A stretch of DNA of 64,000 nt from contig JACPPD010000007.1 in assembly GCA_016191145.1 (NCBI GenBank), positions 16,021 through 80,020 on the forward strand, read 5' to 3'. This document shows, piece after piece, positions 50,430 to 60,259 of the stretch. The notes beneath the pieces are model-generated. The model saw only the letters and a list, made by a program, of their open reading frames with translations. It was not told the origin of the DNA and ran no database searches. The stretch comes from Ignavibacteria bacterium. GTDB taxonomy: Bacteria; Bacteroidota; Ignavibacteria; Kapaibacteriales; Kapaibacteriaceae. Positions within the stretch are counted from its first letter, which is position 1. Each line of letters starts with the position of its first letter. Both the position numbers and the translations under genes were made by a program.

Positions 50430-53400
50430 TTGCAACCCATCGTGAAAAAAGACAAATCCGTATTACATTCTCTGACTGTATTAATTGCCTTTGTATGCAT
50501 TTCATTTGCCCTTTGTGAACCGGCGCAGAGTCAGGTTGTTATCACTCAGGTTGCTTTTAATTCTGGTTTAGCCTTGGATGTCTCGGCATATCCAAAAATT
50601 CGAGCCAGGATACGGGTAATGAATGGTGCAACGGCAGTTGTACTGAACACTTCGAAAACATTCCTCATAGAAGATAATCTTTCGTTTTCACCGACTGCTG
50701 TAATCGCAGAATCTCAAGGTGTGCATGTTGTAGAGTGGATTACTTCGCAGTTCGAAAGGGTGGGAGAACCTAACCAACCAAGTGTTTTGAGCTTTGCGTC
50801 GACGCTGTTGGTGTCTGACGGTGGTAGTACCGCCACAACGAGTTTTGCTACAACTCTGCCCATGTCGAATGGTGCTCGGGTGTTGGTGCGCGATAGTACG
50901 AGCAGAAACGTTCCTTACTTCTACGATTTTGGTACCGTTGCCGTAGGTTCCAGCCAACTAGTCAAACTCAAGGTTGTAGCAAGCCAGGCAGCGAAAATTG
51001 GATGGCCTCAGAACGAGCGCCCGGTGCTGCTCGAAAGCGTATCAACGCGCACAAGCCAATTCAAGGTTATTTGGAAGGGCTCGTTTGGATCGGCCCCTCC
51101 TCCAATCAACATCATTTCGCCGCTAGAATATCGCATCGATGTTGTCTTTACTCCAACTTCTTCGGAACCGGCAACAGATGTCCTTACGGTAACCTTCGAA
51201 GGAGGTATGCGAACCGATGTTATCCTATCAGCAAACCCACAGGTCTATCCACGGATTTCAATCTTAAACGTTGTTTCGCCAAATGGTAAAGAAGCATTCG
51301 CCCCCTGCCAGGAAATTCCCATTATATGGAAAGGGGCTGTGCCAGGCTTCAAAGCATTTGTAGAATACACACTCGATAATGGCAAGAAATGGATGTTGAT
51401 AGACTCAACTTTGGATTCGACAATAGTGTGGTATGTACCGCAATCGTATTCGGATAGCGCTCGTATTCGCGTTTACCAGAAGTTTCAGTCTGCAGATATT
51501 GTCTGGCTGGCTGGTGAACGTGCATCGGCTACGAGTTCGAGATTCTCCGCTGACGGAAAATATGTTTTGGTCGCCTATTCCAATAATGTAGTAATCGAGT
51601 TCGATGTAGCAACCTATGCCAAGGTAAATACCTACAGTCTAACAGCACCGGCTGGAACGCGCATCAGAGCGGTTTCATACATCGGAACAACACGCAATTT
51701 TGTTGCGGCATGTACAAAAGATTTTGGAGGCGGTGAGCTCCAGGTATTTACTCAGGGGGCTGGCAGTGCTGCTGCGCAGACCCCAATCCCTTTAGACTTC
51801 CAGGTAAGCGATATCGGAACAAATCAAAACAGTACTGTTCTGTATGCGATGCCCAAGTATTCAGGACGGATCCTGAGATTCAATCCTGTGACGTTGGCGC
51901 CAGACTCACCAATTATTCTAACGAGTCCGGCCGAAACATCTTCTATAAATAACAATATTTTAAATATTGTTCAGTTCGATGGTTTCATTGTCCGATACGA
52001 TGCTCAGACAGGACAAGAGGTTTCCCGCGTTCAAACTGGTTTGTCAGATATCCATGGTCCGGTAGCCAAGGCAACCGCATCTTCTGTCAACGGGAACCTT
52101 ACGGCTCTGGGAGGCCAAGCGTCGGTATCCACGAGTGGTCCTCGCGAACAGCGAACATTTATTTACGACATGATAACGCGCCAGGCTGTAAAGATTCTCT
52201 ATCGTGAAAGCACAGATCCGGTTGATTTGACGTTCAGTCCTAACAATGCCTTTCTAGGTTTGGGATATAGGTACACTCCACAATTCCTTGTGTACGATTT
52301 ACTTGCGGGCAAAACTCTGCCTGCAAGCGGATCGCCCGAAGGGCACAAGGGAGAGCTCACGTCTCTTATGTTCAGTCCGGTTGGGACGAGTATTGTTTCA
52401 ACTTCAATGGACAGCACTAATAACACGCTGTTAAGGAAGGTGAATACTCCGGAATCTGATGTATCCGACGATATGTTTCGAATCGCGCCTGTCGTGTTCT
52501 CGTCAGAATTACATACCATATCACCCCTGCTCATAGGAACCAGCCTCAACGTAAACCCACCTGATATCTGTAACACCAGCGCTGTTCCTGCCATTGTAGA
52601 AGGGGTGAAGCTCCGAAGCGGAACCTGGCTGAAGATGAATACACCTTTTCAAAAAGACACACTGATGCCAGGGGAATGTCTGCAGCTCAACTTTACTGCA
52701 ATGCCAAACGATACGGGATATTTATTCGACACATTGATAATATCAACATGTGGAGCAAAACATGAAGTCCCATTCACGATTTATTCGATAGATAGAGATC
52801 TGACTCTGCTGTTTGATTTGGAAGATTTCGGAGATGTCTGCATTGGAGATAAAACAACCCGCCGGTTGTCGATTATTCGCAACAACGATTCTGTACCAGT
52901 TAAAATCAACGCTGTATTCATGTTGGAGGGGTTGTTCTCGCAGTTTAGGATTGCAACACCTGTGTCCGATGCAGTAATTCCTCCAAACGAAACTCTTTCG
53001 GTTGATATCGAGTTCGCTCCGCGCAAGCTTGGCTATGATACCAGTGTTGTTGCCATTCGATATGCCGATCAGTCGTCACTTGATAGGCGGGTATCGGTTA
53101 TGGGGCGGGGTGCAGGCGCCGAAATATCCTTCTCTCACAAAGCACTGGCATTCGTACCAGAGATTCCTGAACGATTTCTGGTGATCCGCAATAACTCAGA
53201 CAACCTAATTTCCATCGATAGTGCATTCATCACACTCGGTGAGCCATTCACATTCGTTTCAAATCTGCCGATTGTAATTCCAAAGAATGATTCCGCAACG
53301 GTGACCGTTCGATATGAAGGGGGCATGGTTGGCAATGGTGCAAAGGTTTCATTCGCAATGGCTCCGTGCGTGGAGCAGTCGGTTGCGTCGGGTAAATACA

Positions 53401-54134
53401 GTGTGAGATTGACGTTGTATTCAGGCACTGCATCACTCGATTTACCGAACGTTGTATCGGCGCCGACAAACGACTCAGTCTCTATTCCCATTCTTGCACA
53501 GCTTACCGAAAACGTGAGATATGATGGCATGCGATTCCTGGAGGGAACGCTTCGTGTGAATCCCAGACTCTTTTTAGCACGGGAAATTGTTTCCAATATC
53601 GGCACGGGCGAAGTATTGTCGCAAAACATCGTAAATAAGGTTAGAGAAGTGCGATTCCGTATTGACGGGAATTTCGTTTCCGGAGAAATCGGCAGGCTTG
53701 TTGGCTATGCAGGAATGGCAGAGGTTGATTCAACATTGCTGACGTTCGATACCTCTGCCATAGCATTCGGATCCTCTGTGAGCGTATCGTATCGAGATGG
53801 GATGTTAGTTATTATTCATAACGATCCGGTGCGCCGTATCATTGATCAGTCTGTTGCTCCAATTATTGAACGAATTGCACCTCAGCCGGCGGGTGAAACG
53901 GCAGACGTTGAGATCGGCAGTGATGCCGACGCGTCGGCTCAATTAGCTGTTGTTGATAGAAATGGACGCGACGTTATTCCGGCAGTGACAATATCTCTGA
54001 GAGCCGGTAACGAGAACATCAGAAGCTCAAATACGTTTTCCCTCGATGTGTCTGATCTGCCTACCGGGATGTATTTAGTGTTGGTTAAAACAGGACAAAT
54101 GGTGGCGTCTTCACCGATGATCGTCATCCATTAA
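50430..54134 (+). CDS. Large secreted protein with a WD40-like propeller, ASH/Ig-like domains and a T9SS CTD
   Basis: Signal peptide ending AQS-Q, FSADGKY, GHKGELTSLMFSP and DFGDVCIG. CTD IAPQPA...LPTGMYLV. Confidence 0.82.
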   Translation: MQPIVKKDKSVLHSLTVLIAFVCISFALCEPAQSQVVITQVAFNSGLALDVSAYPKIRARIRVMNGATAVVLNTSKTFLIEDNLSFSPTAVIAESQGVHVVEWITSQFERVGEPNQPSVLSFASTLLVSDGGSTATTSFATTLPMSNGARVLVRDSTSRNVPYFYDFGTVAVGSSQLVKLKVVASQAAKIGWPQNERPVLLESVSTRTSQFKVIWKGSFGSAPPPINIISPLEYRIDVVFTPTSSEPATDVLTVTFEGGMRTDVILSANPQVYPRISILNVVSPNGKEAFAPCQEIPIIWKGAVPGFKAFVEYTLDNGKKWMLIDSTLDSTIVWYVPQSYSDSARIRVYQKFQSADIVWLAGERASATSSRFSADGKYVLVAYSNNVVIEFDVATYAKVNTYSLTAPAGTRIRAVSYIGTTRNFVAACTKDFGGGELQVFTQGAGSAAAQTPIPLDFQVSDIGTNQNSTVLYAMPKYSGRILRFNPVTLAPDSPIILTSPAETSSINNNILNIVQFDGFIVRYDAQTGQEVSRVQTGLSDIHGPVAKATASSVNGNLTALGGQASVSTSGPREQRTFIYDMITRQAVKILYRESTDPVDLTFSPNNAFLGLGYRYTPQFLVYDLLAGKTLPASGSPEGHKGELTSLMFSPVGTSIVSTSMDSTNNTLLRKVNTPESDVSDDMFRIAPVVFSSELHTISPLLIGTSLNVNPPDICNTSAVPAIVEGVKLRSGTWLKMNTPFQKDTLMPGECLQLNFTAMPNDTGYLFDTLIISTCGAKHEVPFTIYSIDRDLTLLFDLEDFGDVCIGDKTTRRLSIIRNNDSVPVKINAVFMLEGLFSQFRIATPVSDAVIPPNETLSVDIEFAPRKLGYDTSVVAIRYADQSSLDRRVSVMGRGAGAEISFSHKALAFVPEIPERFLVIRNNSDNLISIDSAFITLGEPFTFVSNLPIVIPKNDSATVTVRYEGGMVGNGAKVSFAMAPCVEQSVASGKYSVRLTLYSGTASLDLPNVVSAPTNDSVSIPILAQLTENVRYDGMRFLEGTLRVNPRLFLAREIVSNIGTGEVLSQNIVNKVREVRFRIDGNFVSGEIGRLVGYAGMAEVDSTLLTFDTSAIAFGSSVSVSYRDGMLVIIHNDPVRRIIDQSVAPIIERIAPQPAGETADVEIGSDADASAQLAVVDRNGRDVIPAVTISLRAGNENIRSSNTFSLDVSDLPTGMYLVLVKTGQMVASSPMIVIH

Positions 54135-54148
54135 GCCGTAAGTATAGT

Positions 54149-56062
54149 ATGCCCAGACACATTGTATTATTAATTACAATTCTTTGCCTTTCCTTAAGAG
54201 TGTACGGACAGGAGAATTATTCTCGTTTCAATTTTCGTGGAGAACTCAACGGCGGAACTTCAATTTATTATCCGAAGTTCACGCAACTGCCAACAATACA
54301 GAATTGCTGTCCGGAATTCAGCACAACTCTGGGAATGGCACTTGGTGTTGGAGTCGGGTTTGAGTACAGATCAAACATGCAGTTGTTTAACATGCCGGTT
54401 CGATTGGGAGCGGCGGCCGTTTATCAGCTTACAAACGCTGTTCTTAGTAGCAGCGAACAAGTTGGTAATATCATTGACGGCGAAACTGTTACTGATGGTA
54501 CGGTCGACCACTCGCTTGACGTAACGTATGGCCTGCTGGGAATTGAACCATACATCATACTGCCGACACCCATCGACAGGCTATATATTAGCGCCGGATT
54601 TCTTGTTGGAACAGGAGTAACGACTGATGTAGGACAGAAGCAGACGCTCAGTCAGCCGTCAGACCCGCGATATACCTTCGAGAACGGCCTGCGGACCAGA
54701 AATGAGTATTACGGGCCCCTTCCCGATGCATCTGCGATACAGTCGGCTCTGGTTGCTCGCGCTGAATATGAACTGGCAATCGACAGTTCGCTACTCGTTG
54801 TACCCATCCTTCGGTATCAGTATGGGTTGTCGAGCATAATGAATTCGGCGGACATGAACATCAGTTCGCTACAGGCCGGAGTAGTTTTTAAAGTTCGTAT
54901 TCCCAAGCCCGCTCCGCCGCCGCCTCCCCCGCCACCACCGCCGCCGCCTCCTATTGTTAAGCATCAAGAGGTTGTTAGGAAGCTACTCACCAATGTTATT
55001 GCGTTGTCGGTTGATGGTAAAGAGTCCGTTGCCATAGGCGACACGGTGCGCATTCCAATCGTTAAATCGTCAGTCACCGACTCTGTGTTTAATATCATCC
55101 CAATGGTGTTCTTTGAAAAGAACAGCACGACCATTGTGATGAATCATAACGATATTGATCATGTGTTCGAGGCGATTAGAGAATTGCTGATCAGGGATAG
55201 TACGTTTCACATCACTGTTGTGGGTCGCACGTCGTTCGACGAGGAACAAGCGATAGCCAGGCAGAGGGTATCATCGGTTGTTAACATGCTTCGCGCAGAT
55301 CAAAACCAGGTAGGCGTTAGAGTTGAACATGCAGATCAGGAACGATACCAGCAGCTTGACGAAGAAAACAGAAGCGTGTACTTCGAGTTTAGAGGATCGC
55401 GAATTCCGCTCACGCATTCTAGATCTGATACAGGAAGGACTGTACGCTCTTTTACTGTTATCGTAAATAATGTTGTGACTTGCGAGGCAGGTCCATGCGC
55501 AACAACAACAAGAATGTTGATTAATGGCATTGATGAACAACGAGGAACTGCATCAGCTCCTGCCGTACAACGGTTTACAGTCAAGTCTACTGTGTTTGCA
55601 GATTTGCGTGATCGTGTACTCTGGGTGGAGAGCGTAACCACCGATACTCTGGGGCAGACGTTTACTGCGAATGCATCCGTTATAATAATACCCGAAGTTG
55701 AAAGCGCCACAAGCCGTACAATAACGATAGGCTTTCTCCACACGCAGGATTCCTCGATTCTGTTGGGCCTGTTTGATTTTGATAAAACAACATTCTCTTA
55801 TTACGATGTTTCGGCTGCAGAGCGGATACGGCAGCATGTTGAGAGTGGCGGCAGAATAGAAGTGATTCCCAGTACGGATAATATCGGTACTCCGGAATAC
55901 AACAGGATGCTTCAGGGAGAACGCGCGAAAACAGCTATTCAGCAACTTGGAGTGGACGCTCGGAGTGCGACGATTACCACATCTGATGCGCCATTGCTGT
56001 CCAACTCATCTCCTGACGGCAGAGTTGCAAACAGGTGCGTCCGGGTTCGATTGATTAAGTAG
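54149..56062 (+). CDS. Outer-membrane beta-barrel with poly-Pro linker and degenerate OmpA-like periplasmic domains
   Basis: Signal peptide, then a barrel ending LQAGVVFKV, then PKPA followed by 13 Pro. OmpA-like motifs VFFEKNST and LFDFDK...STDNIG...ANRCVRV. Confidence 0.78.
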   Translation: MPRHIVLLITILCLSLRVYGQENYSRFNFRGELNGGTSIYYPKFTQLPTIQNCCPEFSTTLGMALGVGVGFEYRSNMQLFNMPVRLGAAAVYQLTNAVLSSSEQVGNIIDGETVTDGTVDHSLDVTYGLLGIEPYIILPTPIDRLYISAGFLVGTGVTTDVGQKQTLSQPSDPRYTFENGLRTRNEYYGPLPDASAIQSALVARAEYELAIDSSLLVVPILRYQYGLSSIMNSADMNISSLQAGVVFKVRIPKPAPPPPPPPPPPPPPIVKHQEVVRKLLTNVIALSVDGKESVAIGDTVRIPIVKSSVTDSVFNIIPMVFFEKNSTTIVMNHNDIDHVFEAIRELLIRDSTFHITVVGRTSFDEEQAIARQRVSSVVNMLRADQNQVGVRVEHADQERYQQLDEENRSVYFEFRGSRIPLTHSRSDTGRTVRSFTVIVNNVVTCEAGPCATTTRMLINGIDEQRGTASAPAVQRFTVKSTVFADLRDRVLWVESVTTDTLGQTFTANASVIIIPEVESATSRTITIGFLHTQDSSILLGLFDFDKTTFSYYDVSAAERIRQHVESGGRIEVIPSTDNIGTPEYNRMLQGERAKTAIQQLGVDARSATITTSDAPLLSNSSPDGRVANRCVRVRLIK

Positions 56063-56071
56063 TCAGCTCGA

Positions 56072-56272
56072 CTATACTTCCTTTTCTTCGCGGATTTTTT
56101 TAATGAACTGCTCCATAAAGGTTAGAGAATCGGGCAGATTCAAACTCAATTGAGCGCCGCCATTTAGTTCAAGATCAACGTAGATTTCGTTGTCGTGATA
56201 CCGATACTCAACATTGATGTCGTGGATATCAGTAAACGGAACCGAATGGCGGCCGAAATGGAAGATCGTCAT
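56072..56272 (-). CDS. Small hypothetical protein (66 aa)
   Basis: GAGGA RBS before ATG 56272. Translates as MTIFHFGRHSVPFTDIHDINVEY..., which looks like a folded beta-rich domain. Confidence 0.65.
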   Translation of the reverse strand: MTIFHFGRHSVPFTDIHDINVEYRYHDNEIYVDLELNGGAQLSLNLPDSLTFMEQFIKKIREEKEV

Positions 56273-56356
56273 GACGCATTCCTCATTGTAATTGATAAGC
56301 AATGTTTATCTAAACATACATTACAGAACACACAAGCCAAAGCGATTTTTCCATGG

Positions 56357-56977
56357 TCAGGAAGTCCCAAACAATCTATCGCCGGCATCTCCCAAACCCG
56401 GAACGATAAAGCCCTTTTTATCAAGCCCCCTGTCTTTGGCTGCAATCACTAGTGTCACCTCGGGATGGTCTTCCATTACTCGTGCAATTCCAGCTGGCGC
56501 GGCAATCAGACTGGCGACGACGATCTTTCGCGGGTTTAGTTCATTGATCCTGGACAGTGTGGCAGACATGGAGCCGCCAGTAGCAACCATTGGGTCGATT
56601 ACGATGTAGGACGAATTTTCGTTAGGGGGCGGGAAATTGTGATAGTATTCCGACGGCGTCAGCGTCCGTTCATCTCGCTGCAGACCCTGAAACCCCACAC
56701 TTGCTTCCGGCAGTAAATCGAGAAATGGATCGAGCAAGCCAATACCAGCACGGAGAACAGGAATAATAACAACTTGGCCACTTATGGTACATCCAGTTGT
56801 TTCTTCAAGGGGAGTTGTAATGCGTACTTCAGTTGTAGGCAGGTGTTTGGAACACTCGGCAGCTAAATGCAAACCAATGCGGCGGACCGCAGACCGAAAC
56901 TGTGGCGTAGAGGTCGACGAATCTCTTACAATCGTTAAATCCTGCAAGAGAGCTGCACCCTGTAAAATAATAACCAT
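56357..56977 (-). CDS. upp: Uracil phosphoribosyltransferase
   Basis: PVLRAG, DPMVATGGS and IVPGLGDAGDRLFGT. Confidence 0.96.
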   Translation of the reverse strand: MVIILQGAALLQDLTIVRDSSTSTPQFRSAVRRIGLHLAAECSKHLPTTEVRITTPLEETTGCTISGQVVIIPVLRAGIGLLDPFLDLLPEASVGFQGLQRDERTLTPSEYYHNFPPPNENSSYIVIDPMVATGGSMSATLSRINELNPRKIVVASLIAAPAGIARVMEDHPEVTLVIAAKDRGLDKKGFIVPGLGDAGDRLFGTS

Positions 56978-56979
56978 TT

Positions 56980-58551
56980 TTAGAAAGAGAAATAATACAG
57001 CACGGTGAGGCGGATAACGGAATAGATAGTCGTGACATCGGCCTTATCTTCCGACTTCAAGCTGGGATTTGCCGAGTTATTCCACTGAGTACCTGCGTCT
57101 ACGTCTACATACTTTGCAACAATGCGATCCTGATCGGTTCCAAACATGAAGTTAAACCGGACATTAATCATTGGATAGAACAATCCAAGTGTTGTCGGAA
57201 TATTTGCACCCAGGCCCAGCCCGCCATTGACTCCAAACTTTGTTGTCGAAAGAGTACCGTCGTTCGTTGTTGCATACGTAACACCGGCCTGTGGAATGAA
57301 ATTGATTTTGTTGTACGGATTCAGGCTATACAAACCTGTGAGCTCAATGATGTTTGTGGTTATTGGGTCGAGACCGAACTCTCTTGCCGGTTTATCATTC
57401 AGTGTGTATAGATATGTTGCTTCAATTACCAGTGGTGTAGCTATAGCATAGGTTAATGTGGCGCCGTAAGTAAGCAACCCATCGTACGAAAAAGACCTTG
57501 TGGGTCCCTTCTGACGTTGGTACAGAGTCCAGCGCCCCGGATCGGTATAGGCGCTGGTTGGCGAGTAGGTGTAATTGTACCGCTGCATGAACTGTTGCCC
57601 CTCAACGGTTGTGTTTGAGCCGATTGAAAACCCGATGCCAATTTTCCTTGGTTTGATCCACTTTTCATAGGCGATGCTGTCGGCGATGTAATTGCTCACG
57701 GCGATCTCCCAATCACGATCGTGTTCGTAGTCTTCTTCATTGGGGAAACTTGGCTGTGCAGCAGCAGAAACGGCACCAATGATGAGAAGAGTTGCAATGC
57801 GGAAAAAGGCTTTTGCTGTTCGTGACGTTGCTTGGTCTACCTGGTCAATGGTCATGTTTCTTAACTCCGCAATTTTTTCCGCAACCAAGCGGACGTACGA
57901 TGGTTCGTTTCGTTTACCTCTGTAAGGTACTGGCGTTATGTAGGGTGCGTCGGTCTCAATCATAAATCGATTTTCCGGCACAGCGCGCACAACTTCATCC
58001 AACGTCGTTTTTTTAAAGGTGATATTGCCCGTAAACGATATATGAAATCCCAACTCCATTGCTCTTTCAAGAACATTGATCCCACTTGAAAAACAATGGA
58101 GAACGCCTCTCAGCGATCCGTCCTGCTCTTGTTGAATAATGTCAAGAATGTCGTCGTCTGCCTCTCTGTTATGCACTATTACCGGTAGATCGTTTCGCTT
58201 TGCAATGTTCAATTGGGCACGAAAGTACGACTTCTGCACGTCGGCAGGGGCGAAGTCGTAGTAATAGTCTATGCCGATCTCGCCAATGGCTACAACCTTT
58301 CTCTCCCTGCATTGTGCCTCCACATCGCTCAAATCGGATGGTTGCGCCATAGCTACGTGATGCGGATGGATGCCAATACCTCGGCATAGCCTATGGTCAG
58401 AGTTAACTACGTTGATGAGTTTTTGCCGCCGGCCTGGTTCGATGTCAGGAAGAATAATTGATTCAACACCGCTCATCCATGCTCTCGAGAGCACTTCGTC
58501 TCGGTCGGCATCAAATTCATCAGCGTCGATGTGAGAGTGTGAGTCAATCAA
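56980..58551 (-). CDS. tatD: TatD-family nuclease fused in frame to a signal-peptide-like segment and an outer-membrane beta-barrel
   Basis: Residues 1-250 contain DSHSH, GIHPH, AIGEIGIDY, HNRE, HCFS and ETDAPY. They are followed by RIATLLIIGAVSAAA-Q and amphipathic strands ending VLYYFSF. Confidence 0.85.
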   Translation of the reverse strand: MIDSHSHIDADEFDADRDEVLSRAWMSGVESIILPDIEPGRRQKLINVVNSDHRLCRGIGIHPHHVAMAQPSDLSDVEAQCRERKVVAIGEIGIDYYYDFAPADVQKSYFRAQLNIAKRNDLPVIVHNREADDDILDIIQQEQDGSLRGVLHCFSSGINVLERAMELGFHISFTGNITFKKTTLDEVVRAVPENRFMIETDAPYITPVPYRGKRNEPSYVRLVAEKIAELRNMTIDQVDQATSRTAKAFFRIATLLIIGAVSAAAQPSFPNEEDYEHDRDWEIAVSNYIADSIAYEKWIKPRKIGIGFSIGSNTTVEGQQFMQRYNYTYSPTSAYTDPGRWTLYQRQKGPTRSFSYDGLLTYGATLTYAIATPLVIEATYLYTLNDKPAREFGLDPITTNIIELTGLYSLNPYNKINFIPQAGVTYATTNDGTLSTTKFGVNGGLGLGANIPTTLGLFYPMINVRFNFMFGTDQDRIVAKYVDVDAGTQWNNSANPSLKSEDKADVTTIYSVIRLTVLYYFSF

Positions 58552-58614
58552 GCGGCACTCCGCACCGGATAGAATTCATGCTATGGGCAGTAGTATAATC
58601 CGCTCGATTTGCCA

Positions 58615-60222
58615 TTACACCCTCCCGACTCTTTTAGCGTCAAATAAGTCTATCAGAGTCTTCTCAGCAGGCGTTAACGAGGTATCGTTGGGGCTCATAC
58701 TGTTCTTTCCGTTGAAGTCTTTATTCCCGTTGTTCACTGCCGTGATTGGAATTAGTTGCAAGCCAATAGGAGCACCATAAACATTTTTAAGATATGATTT
58801 AAGGTCGGACAATTGGTCTGCAACACGATGATGGATGACGTCTGCATTCGGCCGCAGCACAAGGCCAACATCGGTAAAGTCGATTGCCAGTGCTCCCTGC
58901 TTGATAAAACTCCGCAGAAACGTCAGGTGATCTGGAAGCTCTTCAACAACGGATGTCCACTTATCTGCAAGGTTTCTCGCAGTTAAGGCACTGGCAGGAT
59001 GTGACTTCGACTTTACTGCGAGCGATGATGGACCTACCTTAACAGCCATAGCAACGCCTCCCACAGGAGCATTCACAGACCCGGCCGAAATACGCGATAA
59101 CAGCTCACTGAGCTGCACGGTGTCGTCCATCGCAGCAAGCTGCACTAAAACAAATTCGAATCGGACGCGAGGGTTGGGCGGATTCTGGCGCAGAATACTT
59201 TCACCATGGGAAATCACCGACATTATTCTAAGAATGTCGGCTTTATTGGTACGTTCCGCTTCCAATTGAAATCGCTGGCAGATTTGGTTCGAGGCATCAA
59301 TTAGATCGGCGGTGCCAGTAGTGACAACTGTTAATAAATTTCGATAGTGTTCCAACAACCCTAGCAGGCACTCCTGTAAGTCGTAACCGCGGGTAACAAC
59401 ACGTTGGGCGAATTCGAACATCGCCGCAATGTTGTGACTCTGAATTGCCGATGCGATTTCGAAGTAAAAGTCATCGTCTATCAGGTGCAGAACCTCAGCC
59501 ACATCAGCCGAGGTGAATTGCGGTCCGCAAAACGATACTACCTGGTCGAAAATCGACTGAGAATCCCGCATAGAACCATCCGCTTTTCGCGCAATTGCCA
59601 CCAGCGATCCTTCGTCGGCGGTGATGCCTTCTGCCCGAGCTATATGTTGTAGATGATCTACAATAGCGGACACAGCCATTCTGCGAAAATCAAAACGTTG
59701 GCATCGGCTTACAATTGTTGCGGGTACTTTGTGAATTTCAGTGGTCGCAAAAACAAAGACGAGATGTCGAGGCGGCTCTTCAAGAGTTTTAAGGAGAGCA
59801 TTAAATGCAGCGCCCGAAAGCATGTGCACTTCGTCGATGATGTATAGTTTGTACTTGCCATTCAGCGGTGCATATTTGACGTTATCTCGGAGTTTGCGAA
59901 CATCATCAACACTGTTGTTGCTAGCGCCATCGATTTCAATTACGTCAACGTTCCGTCCATCGAGCACCTGTCTGCAAGATTCACATTCATTGCATGGTTC
60001 AGAGTTGGCGGGCTGGGAGCAATTAAGTGCACGTGCAAGAATTCGTGCGCATGTTGTTTTGCCTACACCGCGCGGTCCGGTAAACAAATACGCATGATGT
60101 ATCCTTCCGCCGGCAATGGCATTCTTAAGAGTTGTTGTAATATGGTTCTGTCCAATAACATCGGAAAATCTTAATGGACGCCATTTCCTGGCTGTAACTA
60201 TGAAACTTTGTTGATCTGGCAT
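58615..60222 (-). CDS. dnaX: DNA polymerase III gamma/tau
   Basis: ARKWRP, GPRGVGKTT, CNECESC, IDEVHML, NALLKTLEEPP and SRCQ. Confidence 0.97.
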   Translation of the reverse strand: MPDQQSFIVTARKWRPLRFSDVIGQNHITTTLKNAIAGGRIHHAYLFTGPRGVGKTTCARILARALNCSQPANSEPCNECESCRQVLDGRNVDVIEIDGASNNSVDDVRKLRDNVKYAPLNGKYKLYIIDEVHMLSGAAFNALLKTLEEPPRHLVFVFATTEIHKVPATIVSRCQRFDFRRMAVSAIVDHLQHIARAEGITADEGSLVAIARKADGSMRDSQSIFDQVVSFCGPQFTSADVAEVLHLIDDDFYFEIASAIQSHNIAAMFEFAQRVVTRGYDLQECLLGLLEHYRNLLTVVTTGTADLIDASNQICQRFQLEAERTNKADILRIMSVISHGESILRQNPPNPRVRFEFVLVQLAAMDDTVQLSELLSRISAGSVNAPVGGVAMAVKVGPSSLAVKSKSHPASALTARNLADKWTSVVEELPDHLTFLRSFIKQGALAIDFTDVGLVLRPNADVIHHRVADQLSDLKSYLKNVYGAPIGLQLIPITAVNNGNKDFNGKNSMSPNDTSLTPAEKTLIDLFDAKRVGRV

Positions 60223-60259
60223 GATCTAGACCTAATGTAACCGTAATCTGCGAAATGCA

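Noticed and set aside
58615-60222. dnaX -1 frameshift producing gamma
   Set aside because: I saw no A AAA AAG heptamer or long A-run at the expected position.
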